DNA of 64,000 bases from the human T2T-CHM13v2.0 reference genome, Homo sapiens. The stretch lies in assembly GCF_009914755.1 (NCBI RefSeq), contig NC_060930.1; one strand, written 5' to 3'. Positions 13,512 to 27,332 of the stretch are shown in pieces (position 1 is the first letter of the stretch; each line of letters opens with the position of its first letter). The notes beneath the pieces were generated by a model. It worked only from the letters and a program-made list of their open reading frames with translations, was not told the DNA's origin and made no database searches. The position numbers were made by a program, and so were the translations under genes.

Positions 13512-16500
13512 ATGACAGGATCAAATTCACATATAACAATATTAACCTTAAATGTAAATGGCCTAAGTGCCCCCAGTTAAAAGACACAGACTGGCAAATT
13601 GAATAAAGAATCAAGACCCATCAGTGTGCTGTATTCAGGAGACCCATCTCACATGCAAAGACACACATAGCCTCAAAATAAAGGGATGGAGGAATATTTA
13701 CCAAGAATATGGAAAGCAAAAAAAAGCAGGGGTTGCAATCCTAGTCTCTGATAAAACAAACTTTAAGCCAACAAAGATCAAAAAAGACAAAAAAGAGCAC
13801 TACATAACGGTAAAGAGATCAATGCAATAAGAGGATCTAACTATCCTAAATATATATGCACCCAATACAGGAGCACCCAGATTCATAAAGCAAGTTCTTA
13901 GACACCTACAAAGAGACTTTGACTCCCATACAATAATAGTGGGAGACTTTAAAACCCCACTGTCAATATTACACAGATCAACGAGACAGAAAATTAACAA
14001 GGATATTCAGGACTCGAACTCAGCTCTGGACCTAATAGACATCTACAGAACTCTCCACCCCAAATCAACAGAATATACATTCTTCTCAGCACCACATCAC
14101 ACTTATTCTAAAACTAACCACATAATTGGAAGTAAAACACTCCTCAGCAAATGCAAAAGAATGGAAATCATAACAAACAGTCTCTCAGACCACAGTGCAA
14201 GTTAGAACTCAGGATTAAGAAACTCACTCTAAAAAACACAACTACATGGAACCTGAACAACCTGCTCCTGAATGACTACTGGGTAAATAATGAAATTAAG
14301 GCAGAAATAAATAAGTTCTCTGAAACCAATGAAAACAAAGACACTATGTACCAGAATCTCTGGGACACAGCTAAAGCAGTGTCAAGAGGGAAATTTATAG
14401 CACTAAATGCCCACAAGAGAAAGCAAGAAAGATCTAAAATCAACACCCTAACATCACAATTAAAAGAACCAGAAAAGCAAGGGCAAATAAACTCAAAAGC
14501 TAGCAGAAGACAAGAAATAACTAAGATCAGAACAGAACTGAAGGAGATAGAGACAGGAAAAACCCTTCAGAAAATCAATGAATCCAGGAGCTGGTTTTTT
14601 GAAAAGATTAACAAAATAGATAGACTGCTAGCCAGACTAATAAAGAAGATAAAAGAGAAGAATCAAATAGACACAATAAAAAATGATGAAGGGGTATCAT
14701 CACTGATCCCACAGAAATACAAACTACTGTCAGAGAATATTAGAAACACTGCTATGCAAATTAACTAGAAAATCTAGAAGAAATGGATAAATTCCTGGAC
14801 ACAAACACACTACCAAGACTAAACCAGGAAGAAGTCGAATCCCTGAATAGACCAATAACAAGTTCTGAAATTGAGGCAGCAATTAATAGCCTACCAACCA
14901 AAAAAGCCTAGGACTAGGCAGATTCACAGCCGAATTCTACCAGAGGTACAAAGAGGAGCTGGTACCATTCCTTCTGAAACTATTCCAATCAATAGAAAAA
15001 GAGGGACTCCTCCCTAACTCATTTTATGAGGTCAGCATCATCCTGATACCAAAAGCTGGCAGAGACACAAAAAAAGAAAATTTCAGGCCAATATCCCTGA
15101 TGAACATTGATGTGAAAATCCTCAAGAAAATACTGGCAAACTGAATCCAGCAGCACATCAAAAAGCTTATCCACCACGATCAAGTTGGCTTCATCCCTGG
15201 GATGATGCAAGGCTGCTTCAGCATATGCAAACCAATAAACATAATCCATCACATAAACAGAACCAATGACAAAAACCACATGATTATCTCAATAGATGCA
15301 GAAAAGGCCTTAGATAAAATTCAACACCCTTTCATGCTAAAAACTCTCAATAAACTAGGTATTGATGGAACATATCTCAAAATAGTAAGAGCTATTTATG
15401 ACAAACCCACAGCCAGTATCATACTGAATGGACAAAAGCTGGAAGCATTCCCTTTGAAAACTGGCACAAGACAGGGATGCCCTCTGCCACCACTCCTATT
15501 CAACATAGTGTTGGAAGTTCTGGCCAGGGTAATCAGGCAAGAGAAAGAAATAAAGTGTATTCAAATAGGAAGAGGGGAAGTCAAATCGTCTCTGTTTGCA
15601 AATGACATGATTGTATATTTAGAAAACCCCATTGTCTCAGCCCAAAAATCTTTTTAAGCTGATAAACAACTACAGCAAAGTCTCAGGATACAAAATCAAT
15701 GCAAAAATCACAAGCATTCCTATACACCAATAGTAGACAAACAGAGAGCCAGATCATGAGTGAACTCACATTCACAATTGCTACAAAGAGAATAAAATAC
15801 CTATGAATACAACTTACAAGGGATGTGAAAGACCTCTTCAAGGAGAACTACAAACCACTGCTCAAGGAAATAAGAGAGGGCACAAACAAATGGAAAAACA
15901 TTCCACGCTCATGGATAGGAAGAATCAATATTGTGAAAATGGCCATACTTCCCAAAGTAATTTATAGATTGAATGCTATTCCCATCAAGTTACCATTGAC
16001 TTTCTTCACAGAATTAGAAAAAACTACTTTAAATTTCATACAAAACCAAAAAAAGAGCCCGTGTAGCCAAGACAATCCTAAGCAAAACAAACAAAGCTGG
16101 AGGCTTCATGCTACCTGACTTCAAACTATACTACAAGACTACAGTAACCAAAACACCATGGTACTGGTACCAAAACAGATATATAGACCAATGGAACAGA
16201 ACAGAAGCCTCAGAAATAACACCTCACATCTATAACCATCTGATCTTTGACAAACCTGACAAAAACAAGCAATGGGGAAAGGATTCCCTATTTAATAAAT
16301 GGTGCTGGGAAAACTGGCTAGCCATATGCAGAAAACTGAATCTGTACCCCTTCCTTACACCTTACACAAAAATTAACTCAAGATGGGTTAAAGACTTAAA
16401 TGTAAGACCTAAAACCATAGATACCCCAGAGGAAAACCTAGGCAATACCATCGGGACATAGGCATGGGCAAAGACTTCATGACTAAAACACCAAAAGCAA

Positions 16501-17310
16501 TAGCAACAAAAGCCAAAATTGACAAATGGGTTCTAATTAAACTGAAGAACTGCTGCACAGCAAAAGATACTACCATCAGAGTGAACAGGCAACCTACAGA
16601 ATGGGAGAAAATTTTTGCCATCTATCCATCTGACAAAGGGCTAATATCCAGAATCTAAAAGGAACTTAAACAAATTCACAAGAAAAAAACAACCCCATCA
16701 AAAAGTGGGTGAAGGATATGAACAGACACTTCTCAAAATAAGAGATTTATGTGGCCAACAAACATGTGAAAGAAAAAAAGCTCATTATCACTGGTCATTA
16801 GAGAAATGCAAATCAAACCCACAATGAGATACCATCTCACGCCAGTTAGAATGGTGATCATTAAAGAGTCAGGAAACAACAGATGCTGGAGAGGATGTGG
16901 AGAAATAGGAACACTTTTACACAGTTGGTGGGAGTGTAAATTAGTTCAACCATTGTGGAAGACAGTATGGTGATTCCTCAAGGATCTTGAACCAGAAATA
17001 CCATTTGACCCAGCAATCCCATTACTGGGTATATACCAAAAGGATTATAAATCATTTTACTATAAAGACACATGCACACATATGTTTATTGCAGCACTAT
17101 TCACAATAGCAAAGACTTGGAACCAACCCAATGCCCATCAATGATAGACTGGATAAAGAAAACATGCCACATATACACCATGAATACTAAGCAGGATGGG
17201 TTCATGTTTTTTGCAGGGACATGGATGAAGCTGGAAACCATGATTCTCAGCAAACTGACACAGGAACAGAAAACCAAACACGCATATTCTCACTCGTAAG
17301 TGGGAGTTGA
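13512..17310 (+). pseudogene. L1 ORF2p (EN/RT) remnant with multiple disruptions
   Basis: ATGACAGGATCAAATTC start; fragments [31 protein letters not shown]; catalytic FADD reads FAND. Confidence 0.92.
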
Positions 17311-18067
17311 ACAATGAGAACACATGGACCTGGAGGGAAACATCACACACTGGGGACTGTTGTGGGGTGGGGAGGCTAGGGGAGGGATAGCATTAGGATA
17401 AATACCTAATGTAGATGACGGGTTGATGGGTGCAGCAAACCACTATGGCACATGTATAATGCCTATGTAACAAACCTGCACGTTCTGCACATGTATCCCA
17501 GAACCTAAAGTATAATAATTTAAAAAAAGAGTTTAAAATGTATTCATCATAAAAATGCTAAAGGTAGAAAACCCCTGGGAGATTGATTTTAATCTTAAGA
17601 ACTGGGTTAAAAAAATGATAAAGTGTGGTTAATAAGTAATGTTTGTACATGATCAGAAAGCACCTGGTATGCTGAAGTAAGGTAATAAAATGCATTTGAA
17701 ACATGCTTTCTACCACAAGCTGCTGGGTTTCTAGAGGAAATTGGCTTTCGGGGCCATAATAAAATGTTAGACTAATATTGACCTACTTTTGATTGGGAAA
17801 ACTTGTCTGATTCGAGCTTATCTTTAGCAGGGGTTGATTTACATGGGAGTCCTATGTGCACCCTGTTCTGTAGGGGTTAACCTAGAGGCAGCTTAGCTTC
17901 TGCCTGCTGTTTTCTTCAGGTCTCGGCAATTTTGATTAGTTTAGTTTCTTAGCTCAGAGTCACATATTTGTATCTACATAGACTTTGGGTCTTGAGTTTT
18001 AAATTATTGTTTTTGTCACTCTTCACACTTTGTCACCAGGCTAGCAGGTGAAATTCTTCTAGTCCTT

Positions 18068-18639
18068 TTTATTAGTCAGGATTTTCCAGAGGGACAGAAC
18101 CAATAGGATATATGTATATATAAAAGTGAGTTTATTAGGGAGAACTGGCTCACTGGATTACACAGTGAAGTCCCACAATAGGCTGTCTACAAGCTGGGGA
18201 GAGAGAAGCTGGTAGTGGCTCCGTCCAATCTGAAACCCTCAAAACAAGGGAAGCCAAGAGTGCAGCCTTCAGTCTGTTGCCAAAGGCCTGAGAGCCCCTG
18301 GGAGGCCGCTGATTCAAGTCCCAGAGTACAAAGTCTGAAGAACCTGGAGTCAGATGTCCAAGGGCAGGAGGAGAGGAAGCAGGCATCTGGCACAAGAAGA
18401 AAGAGAGAGAGCAAGAGGTCCCAGCAAGCTGCTTCTCCCTCTTCTTTCACCTGCTTTGTTCTAGCCCGACTGGCAGCCAATTGGATGGTGTCCACCCGCA
18501 TTGAGCGTGGGTCTTTTTCTCCCTGTTGGCTGACTGAAATGTCAGTCTCCTCTCACAGACACACCCAGAAACAGTGCTTCACCAGCCATCTAGGCCTCTC
18601 TCAATCCAGTCAAGTTGACACCTGGTATTAACCATCACA
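18068..18639 (-). mobile_element. ERVL solo LTR, MLT2 (MLT2B-like)
   Basis: Minus strand begins tgtgatggttaata..ggtgtcaacttgactggatt; 5-bp TSD tcctt/tcgtt. Confidence 0.85.
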
Positions 18640-19419
18640 TCGTTATTCACAGATAGGACAGCTTTTTCAGCACTGGCATTTGTGTAGGAAGCCCAGTTTC
18701 ACCTTCCTCACTGTGGGGCACCACCCTGGTGCTGACATTAAAGACCCAGCTTGATTGAATGTATTTGTTCCCAATACTACATCAGGCAGCCTCACACTGC
18801 TTATGCTGATGGCTTGAGTTTCCTCTTCTTTTGCCACTTTAAAATTCTCTTTCTTGCTTTTGAGTGTAATTATGTATTTTAAATATTTTATTATAATTTA
18901 TCCAGATTTTCTATGTATTTGGAGAGCAGAGAGACTTCTTGAATACTTCATTTTATCATCTCAACCAAAGTCCTTTCTATTTCTTTAAAAATCTGACTTT
19001 GTTAAGGAAAAACATATGTTATTACATTACTGTTTTACCCCACACATGTGTAAGGTGGCATGGATTGTTACTGAAGGGTGGTGTGCTTGTCATTGTTGCC
19101 AGGTTATGATGTCTAGAGTACTTTGTCACTGATAGGAATGAGAAAACACATGTCCTGCAATTACTATTAGGGACATCTGTCTTTGTTGACATTGTCCTAA
19201 CGTAAGTTGGGAAACATTAAAACAAAGAAAATAAGACAAAGATTATTATCCTTTATTTCACTTTCAACTCTGAACCTGATGAGGCTCCAAATGTCAGTGC
19301 TTTTTTGTGTGGCGGATTTCTTACCAGCGGACACCTGAAGACGAAAAGGCTGCAGGAGAGCCTTCTATCTGTCCAGCAGAAAGTAAATTGAACATTGGAC
19401 ATGGTTACCCAGGCATCTG

Positions 19420-19890
19420 TCAGTACAGAAATCCAAGACAAATTCTTTAAAAAAAAAAAAAAAAAAAGAGCTTTTGGATTACATATCTGAAAATTTCGAG
19501 GTGGTTCTGGCTGTAAGAAAGACTGGGTCCAGAGGTTCATTTTGTCATCTTCTGCTTTGTTTTCCTGTGAGAACAACATTCGCAGGTAACCCTGCTCCCA
19601 ACCTCTGTCATGAAGTAGCCTCCTCAACTGTAGTCTTCCATCACCCCCATAGCCAGCAATTCCTGCAGAAAGAAAACTTCCTGGTTTGGGTTACATGTCT
19701 GTGCTTGTGAAATCAGTATATTTCATCTTCCTGGCCACAGTGATTATGCCAACCCCTGGCACTGGGCACTGGTTTGGTCCCAGCAGAATCACACAGTCAG
19801 AGCAGGTAGGAGTGGTTCCCCAAAGAAAAATCACTGTGCTGTAACTGGAAGAAAAGTGGATGAAATGAAATTCTGGGACAACAAAAGTGA
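19420..19890 (-). mobile_element. Old MaLR LTR (MLT1J/K-like)
   Basis: Degenerate MLT1 texture (gactgggtccagagg...tcttcctggccacagtgatt). Confidence 0.45.
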
Positions 19891-19898
19891 CAGATGTT

Positions 19899-20193
19899 GG
19901 CCAGGCATGGTGGCTCACACCTGTAATCCCAGCACTTTGGGAGGCTGAGGTGGGTGGATCGCCTGAGGTCAGGAGTTTGAGACCAGTCTGGCCAAGATGG
20001 TGAAACCCTGTCTCTACTAAACATACAAAAATTAGCCTGGAGTGGTGGTGTGCACCTGTAATCCCAGCTACCTGGGAGGCTGAGGCAGGAGAATCACTTG
20101 AACCTCGGAAGCAGCGGTTGCAGTGAGCCTAGATTGCACCATTGCACTCTAGCCTGGGTGACAACGGTGAGATTTTGTCTCAAAAAAAAAAAA
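19899..20193 (+). mobile_element. AluS (Sx/Sq-like)
   Basis: Full dimer; TSD aaaagtg(g)aca(g/c)atgtt. Confidence 0.95.
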
Positions 20194-21934
20194 AGTGGAC
20201 ACATGTTCACTGCAGGCAAAGCAGATCTTTGTCATGAGAAGAGGGTGAATGTTTGAAGGATTTAACTACCAAAATTTGGATTTGCTCCATCACAAAAGCC
20301 TCATTTTTAAACATTCTGAAAGTTTTTATTGCCCTGCTGGGTAAAAGAAACCACATACAATTGGACAGATGATGGTAAAGCTGTGTGATCTAAACTTTAC
20401 AGGCTGTTTTAGGTTTTCTTGCAAAGGAACAAATTGTACCAGACTCTCTGTCATATTACATTAATTCCAGAGTTGCTGATGTTTCTTCTAGTTTTAAAAG
20501 CAGATTTTAAGGAAATGGACAATTATTTCATTTCCTTTAGCATCCGACTCAGTGAAATTACCGACATCTCTCAGCACAGCAAGCTCCTGGTTTTCCTTCA
20601 TCCAGTGCAACTGGTTCCACCTGACAAGAATTTCTGTTGTGCGAGCCCCTTTTGGATACTTCAAAGATTCCTGCTGTCTTTGAAAGAGTGAAAAATTACC
20701 ATTCCAAACAACGCTTCAAGTGGAAGTGAATCTTGACCTTCTGTGCACCTGGAGAACTCCTCTGATGCTTAGCAACATATCTGGTTTGCTCCTTTGGGAG
20801 AAAGAAGCTGCACAAGGAAGATGGCTCCTTGACTTTTGCATCAGCATGGATTGGCCTTGGCCAGAGGAAGCCTTGTCTACTGCTGTCTACTCCTGCAGAG
20901 CCACAGCCTAGAATTACCTCCTTTTTGAGAAGTTCTCCCAAGAATTGGAGGCAGACTATCAAGTTTTTCTCTACTACAAAGGAGGTCAATGATGCTAGAA
21001 GACAAGTTTGAGTTCTTCAAAATGTCCACCTTCTGTTTGAGAGAGAGATAAGAAGAGCCCACTCAGTGAGTAGACTGGGAGTGGTCATTTTTTGTCTTGG
21101 CTTACTTGGTGTATATTTTTGGCTTTACCAATGATGCAAACTTTAGTATTCAAAACACTGCAGGCAATGTTAAGTATGCTGCAACTGGACCAGAGAGGAA
21201 CATGGTGAGAGTGGAAGAAGAAATTGGAGGAGTACAACTATATGCACTTTGCAGAAGTGGAGGAGGTGTTGAGGCAGGCTTTTTATCACTTTCTCTGCAG
21301 GCAAAAGTCACCTGGAAACACTATGAAACTCCTTTGAAGGGTACTTTTCAACCCATGTGACTTCAAAATTAAAAGTAGATTTATAATCCCTTTTTTTCTG
21401 ATAGAAGCTACATCAGGGACACAAACCCTGCTAAAGATGACCTCATTAACTTCAGAACAAAAGAAATAATACAAATGCATTCAACTAGCAGAATTTTGAA
21501 GAAATCCTCTTCTTTTTTTTCACATAAATGTGTCTTTAATCTGACAAAGTGAGAGATGGGAGCTCTGATTTTACCTGCTCCTACAATCTTTGAGTCCAGG
21601 CTTTCACTTGTGGTTGTCATTAATATGCAAAGTCAAAACTGGCAGAATGTCAAAGACTATCTTGTGATTTCAGCTTCTTACTCGAATAAAATAATATGTT
21701 TCTCATGAAGATACATGTTTATACATTTTAGATGTATTTGTTTTCAGGAAGTGGCCATTATTTAGCTTTTGCATAGAAATAATAGTGGATTATGTAATTC
21801 TGTGTAAAAAGTGCCTTTAATAAGTCTGTTTATATAAAAGTAATCTCCAGCGCTCTTTCTCTACCTCTGCCCTCAAGGTTGGGCAGGGAGGAGAGGAATT
21901 GCAGGAAATGGAACAAAAGTCCTTCTGCTTAGTA

Positions 21935-22305
<371 letters not shown>

Positions 22306-23498
22306 TCAAATGCTGGCTGTCTCTCTCTTGGGATGAGGTACAGGCACTTTTCTCCTATAACATTTCCTCATGTGGGCAACGATGTGCTTCTCCTCTTCGG
22401 ATGCCTTCCTTGAGCTCTGCCTGGCAGTCCCCCCCATTCCTCTTTTTTAGTGCCCAGTTCCCCTTGCTCGAGCAAGCAGTCCTCTTAGGGGAGCCCAATC
22501 AAGAAAGCATAAGCCTGCCAGCTTTGCGGTGCCCATCTGGAAAACTCCTGCAGAGTTTATCTGCTCTGTTCCCCCCACCCAAGACTGTTCCCTCTGCTGC
22601 CCCCTTTCTTGGCCCCACAGCTTTCAAAGTTCTCCTGGCAGGAAGCCAGCACTACCCTCTGTGTCTATCTCTGTCCCCAGATTCCAGAACATACTGGCCA
22701 AACTCTCTCAATACCACTCCCACTGTGGACCCACGGAGTTCCAGGGCCCAGAGTCCATAGCGTGATGAACATGCATGGGGAGGAAGTTCTGTCTTTCCTT
22801 CTTGCAGGCATTCCTAATTTCTGTATTTGGTTTTCTTGGGGCTTCCCTCACTTGGTTTACAGCAGCAGGGAGAGAAGCATTCACTGTTCCCCCTATCGGA
22901 GACGGGAGACACCCAAGCATGAGCTTTACTTCGATGGTACTCTTCAGTCTTTCAGATTTCTAGTTTCATTTTATATAAGCCTGAGGTTAAAAATGGGGCC
23001 TGACAGTTGCTAGGCTGGTTCTGCTGTATGTTAGTACCTCTGGCACAGATTTTTCCGATATCTTACTTCAGAATATATTGCCCAATGTTCTCCAATGTAG
23101 AGCTTTGGCTGAAATTTTGAGATGAGGAGGAAAGGTGTAAATATTTGAATAAATGAATGAATGTTTATCTCACAGTGATTTATAAAAGTGAAAAACTAGA
23201 ACCATCCTAAAAGTCCTTCAGTCAAGAATTTGCTAAACAAATTGTAGTATTCATTATACACATTGTGTGTTTGTTGACATAAAAGACACTTGTGATATGC
23301 TGTTAATACTTTTTAAAAAGAACAGTGTATAGTCTAATCTCATTTTGGTTGAAAAACATATGGGAAGGGGCACTGAAAAATATGTTATCTCTAGGTGTGA
23401 CATTATGGGGATTTTATTTTCCAGCTGATTTCTGTGTTTCTTGAATTGTTTTACATTGAGTTTTTTTTACATTAATTGAGAACAAAGGCAATGATGGG

Positions 23499-23504
<6 letters not shown>

Positions 23505-23530
<26 letters not shown>

Positions 23531-23700
23531 GAGATATGGTCTTGCTCTGCTGCCCAGGCTGGAGTGCACTGGCACAATTACAGCTCACTGCACTCTTGAC
23601 CTCCCAGGCTCAATCCTCCTGCCTCAGCCTCCTGAGTAGCTGAGACTACAGACATGTACCACCATGCTCAGTTATTTTTTTTTTAAAAGACAGGGTCTGA
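23505..23700 (-). mobile_element. AluJ, partial
   Basis: poly(T), antisense right arm and linker. Confidence 0.85.
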
Positions 23701-23794
23701 CTAAAATTTAATTTCTATATTTAAAAAAATTTAAAAAGCAGGGCTACAGACTGGCAGATAAGCTATCGAAGAGGGAGGAAGAAAATGTGGCAGC

Positions 23795-23943
23795 TGAGCT
23801 GGGAGAGACAAGAGAGGCATCTAGGGCATAAGATGTAACGCTCAAGGTTGTGCAAATGACCTGAGGCAAGTGGCCTGAGGGTGAAGGCTGTATTACATTT
23901 GCACCCTAGATGCCTCTCTTGACTAACCCTATTCCCAGCCTTG
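23795..23943. mobile_element. Palindromic hAT MITE (MER96-like)
   Basis: Perfect 18-bp inverted repeat at 23809-23826 / 23904-23921; outer gctggga/tcccagc; layout resembles recalled MER96 consensus. Confidence 0.7.
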
Positions 23944-24125
23944 TTGAAAAGAAACCAAAAAGAACGAAACGTGGAAGGTAGTACTCTGTCCCCACAGATT
24001 ACCACCGTAGATATAAAGGTTTGGATGTCCCTTAAAGTCTAGTTTCTGTAAAGATAACCAAGGCACTTACCCTTGCTCTCCGCTTTATCTTCTTTCATAG
24101 GTTAGGGATAAAAGGAATATCTTAT

Positions 24126-24988
24126 TGACACAGGAATTTTCTCTCAGCCCCTTTGCTGGACTCGCAGCAGGTGCATCCTGTCTACTTGGCCTGCCACACT
24201 CAGTCCCTTGTGGGAGGGAGAATGTGAGAGAGCGAGTGCAGGAGCCAGCTGGCCACTCCAGGTGCCAACACAGGAGTAAGCTCCATGTGGGGCCTGCAGC
24301 CAGACCAGGAGTGTCACCTTGAGGGGAACATGCTGTTGCCCAGGCAAGGGTGCCTGCAACTCTGAAGCCCCAGAAGGGATGTTAGTGTGCTAATGAGCTC
24401 TTTTAGTTCCCCCGTCCACAGCTCAATGGATGGCAGTGTGTTGGCAGCTCAGTCGGCCCCTGGCCCTGTCACATGGAGTGGCTACTCTCTGCCGGTGAGG
24501 GCAAAAGGTCAGTGTGACAGCCTTTCTGTGTACCTGCACTCAGTGGGTCCTGAGCTCTTGTCCAGCATCCAAGAAGAATGAGGATATGCTGACAATAAAA
24601 CAGTGAGCAAAGCAGAAGTTTCATCTAGTGACAAAACAGCTTTCTGTGGAGAGGGGACACAGGGGTGGTCCCCCTACTTGAAGACAGGAAAGTCCCCCCA
24701 ATGTGGCTGAGTCTGGAGCTTTTATGAGCTTAGAATAGGGGAAGGGCAGGCCATAGCTAGTATTGGAAAAGGCAACATTCAATTGGTTAAAAGGCATTAT
24801 TCAGAAAGAATCAAATGGGAAAGGGCAGGCAAACAGGAACAGAAGTTCTCACCCTGTGTCACAGGTTTCATCTGGGACCAGCAGTCTGATCTTTCAGGCT
24901 TCAGGCTGTTTTTTTGGCTTGAAGGTGGGGTTTTACCGGGGACCCACCCCTATCTGCCTAGGCATTTGGCTGACTCTTGTTGCTATCA
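24126..24988 (-). mobile_element. ERV1 solo LTR (LTR27/LTR28/MER52 group)
   Basis: TG...CA ends; minus-strand start tgatagcaacaagagtcagccaaatgcctaggcagatagggg; perfect 4-bp TSD ttat at 24122-24125 and 24989-24992. Confidence 0.88.
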
Positions 24989-25212
24989 TTATCAGTTCTT
25001 TACTGTTAACAACTCTAAAATTTAATTCTAAATTCCTTTTCAAACTCCACTATTGTTTTAGCCTGAACAACCTCACCATCAACTTACAACTATTTTTCCA
25101 ACCTGTTAACTTGCCATCATGACAGGTGTCTTGGCAATGACTTAGGTTCATAATTGTAGATTCAGTAGATATTTGTTATATGTATAGAGTAAGCATTGTA
25201 CCATTGAAGCAA

Positions 25213-25842
25213 TGTTATTCGTCTGGGGTAATATCCGAGGTTTGTTGCCTCATGCCAAGGAAATCAAGGACATGGACACACATGTGGAATGAGGTTAAGA
25301 GCAGAGGTTTAATAAGTGAAAGACAGAGAAAAGAGAATAGTTCTGTCTCCTGCAGAGAGGGGCACCCGAGTGGGTCTTCTGGTCCCATGGTGAAGTGCAC
25401 GGGGTTTTATAGACTGGCTTGAGGAGGCAGTGTCTGATTTACATAGGGCCTAAAGATTGGCTGGACCAGGCATGATGTTCACGTAGTACATGAATAAGCT
25501 GGCCACCCTACCCTAATCTTTTATTATGCAAATCGGTTTTTTCCTGGCCAGTGCCATGTTGTCTGCCCCTTACTGTACACATGGTTGACAAAGAAAAGGG
25601 AAGATGGAGCCGCCATGTTGAACATGCCTAGCTCCCAGGTAGCATTTTTCCTATTGAAACAGCTGCTGGCATTCACCTGTACAAGCTTCCACCTTGCTTA
25701 TCTATGTCTGCAGCTCAATTTTACAGGCTGCTCTTTGTTAGAAAAGAAATGATTTGGAGGCTGCTTTTCATTAAAAGGGAAACCTTACCAAGGACTTTCG
25801 TACCCTTACTAACTGCCTAACTTCTTTTTAACTCCTATGTCA
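25213..25842 (-). mobile_element. ERV1 solo LTR (LTR9-like)
   Basis: Minus-strand start tgacataggagttaaaaagaagttaggcagttagtaaggg...; TG/CA ends; TSD not clean. Confidence 0.8.
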
Positions 25843-25848
25843 CCATGA

Positions 25849-26191
<343 letters not shown>

Positions 26192-26625
26192 TCCTTACAA
26201 GTTTTTAAGTGATTAGGGGGTCATACCAGAGAAGTTAAATACAGAAATGTTCTATTATGCCACTCACTCAAAAGATAGCCTCCAGCAAGCTCCACTCTGA
26301 CTTATAATCAAGAATCTTGAGGCAGGAAAAAAATCATCTGAGCAGGCAAATATAACTCTTTTGAAGTCTCTATTCCTTTCCATACAGAAAGCTGAAGTTG
26401 TCTCTAGGCCAGATGATATTGATTTCAAATTGTGTATCTATAAAGTCACTGATCTAATCAACTTGGCTCTCTGATTTACTCTGTGGGTCTTCCTGAATCT
26501 AGCAGATGAGAAACCTTTAACATCAACTTACAACAAGGCATGAGTCCCACAGAAGTCCTCCCAGCTGGCTCTGACTGTGCAATGCAGTAATTTTGTACAT
26601 TTTGATATCACTCCAAGTATTGAAG

Positions 26626-27122
26626 TATAAACTGAAAAGTGACTGAGGCAGGTCTCAAAACAAACACAAGTTTATTTAGCCAAGGTTGAAGACACACCCA
26701 GGAAAAAATATAAGCATACAGGAGCATTGGTGACCTGTGCTTTTCCTAAACGGGGCTTTGGGAACTTCAGTATTTAAAGAGGAAAGAGCAATCTGGAGGG
26801 AAAAAAAGAGAGGGTCATAAGGCAGATGGCTACGTTCTTGCAGGCTCTGATCAGTCTCAGTAAATCTACATTTTACATGTAAAAAGAGGAATGGAGGAAA
26901 AAGTAATTACACATTGTCTTGTGCTCAGTAAGTCTGCATTTTACATAAGATAAACATGTGAAAAGAGGGAGTAGAGTAAATGAAGCCATGACACAAGGTT
27001 GTGAAATGACATCTGTCTGTTTGGGAACAAAAACAAAGCACATTTTGCATGCCTCAGTTCCCAAGCTTAACTTCCCTTTGGCATAGTGAGTTTGGGGTCC
27101 TGAGATTCTATTTTTCTTCACA
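26626..27122 (-). mobile_element. ERV1 solo LTR (MER4 group, MER83/MER4-like)
   Basis: Minus-strand start tgtgaagaaaaatagaatctcaggaccccaaactcactatgccaaaggg; 4-bp TSD gaag at 26622-26625 and 27123-27126. Confidence 0.85.
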
Positions 27123-27213
27123 GAAGGAAAAGATGAAGTACCTTCAACATACTCTGAGGGCAAAGAAGCACATAATCCCTTTGGCAAAAATTTCTGTCAA
27201 AATGGTTGTGTCT

Positions 27214-27332
27214 GGCTGGTCTGAGTGCAGTGGTGTTTACAACTAATTGATCACAACCAGTTACAGATTTCATTGTTCCTTCCCCACTCCTACTGCTTCA
27301 CTTGACTTGCCTTAAAAAAAAATAATTAGAAA
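27214..27332 (+). pseudogene. Y3 RNA (RNY3) processed pseudogene
   Basis: ggctggtctgagtgcagtggtgtttacaactaattgatcacaaccagttacag...gcctt (27214-27313), A-rich tail, TSD aaaa(t/a)ggttgtgt(c/t)t at 27199-27213 and 27333-27347. Confidence 0.95.

Larger units (their letters stand above)
11086..17528 (+). mobile_element. Full-length L1PA7-type LINE-1, inactive
   Basis: 5' end ggggggctggcaagatg..ataggaacagctccggtctgcagct; ~1.33-kb 5'UTR; ORF1 and ORF2 remnants; 3'UTR gtagatgacgggttgatgggtgcagcaaac; degenerate TSD aagaattagaaatgt (11071-11085) / aagagtttaaaatgt (17527-17541), 12/15 identical. Confidence 0.93.

Noticed and set aside
17352-17387. G-quadruplex-capable G tracts
   Set aside because: Ordinary known feature of L1 3'UTRs
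19322-19360. Minus-strand micro-exon (…ctcctgcag / GCTG|gtaag)
   Set aside because: Isolated motif pair with no supporting partner exons; cannot be distinguished from chance
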